DNA from: Gemmatimonadaceae bacterium
Lineage (GTDB): Bacteria > Gemmatimonadota > Gemmatimonadetes > Gemmatimonadales > Gemmatimonadaceae
Length of the DNA stretch: 19,962 nt
NCBI GenBank assembly: GCA_044224875.1
Contig: JBGAJQ010000086.1
Span: forward strand, 1 to 19,962
Direction of reading: 5' to 3'
A model generated the notes under the pieces. That model was not told where the DNA came from. It was given only the letters and a program-made list of their open reading frames with translations, and did not search any database. Both the position numbers and the translations under genes were made by a program. This document shows, piece by piece, positions 19,962 through 19,962 of this stretch. Each line of letters starts with the position of its first letter. Positions within the stretch are counted from its first letter, which is position 1.

Positions 19962-19962
19962 G

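Overview
High-GC bacterial chromosomal segment; Gemmatimonadota is my inference from gene content and one lineage-typical small protein. The left ~10.6 kb is a phosphate/polyphosphate cluster. A + strand operon pstC-pstA-pstB-pstB-phoU-ppx converges on a - strand block DUF47-pit-(101-aa hypothetical)-ppk1, and a PHO-box-like 11-bp repeat lies upstream of DUF47. Next come deoC (long N- and C-terminal extensions) and a rhomboid protease on the - strand, divergent from a stand-alone dnaK and a frameshifted degP/htrA. The right end holds a frameshifted secreted TolB-like beta-propeller/CehA-McbA-type metallohydrolase gene and the 3' part of an APC-family permease. I saw no rRNA, tRNA, CRISPR array or mobile element. 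Most content is housekeeping. The best leads are the small protein between pit and ppk1, the encapsulation-peptide-like DeoC N-terminus, a doubly ATGA-coupled 25-codon ORF between rhomboid and deoC, sigma54-like promoters at dnaK and degP, and a hairpin-rich dnaK-degP spacer.
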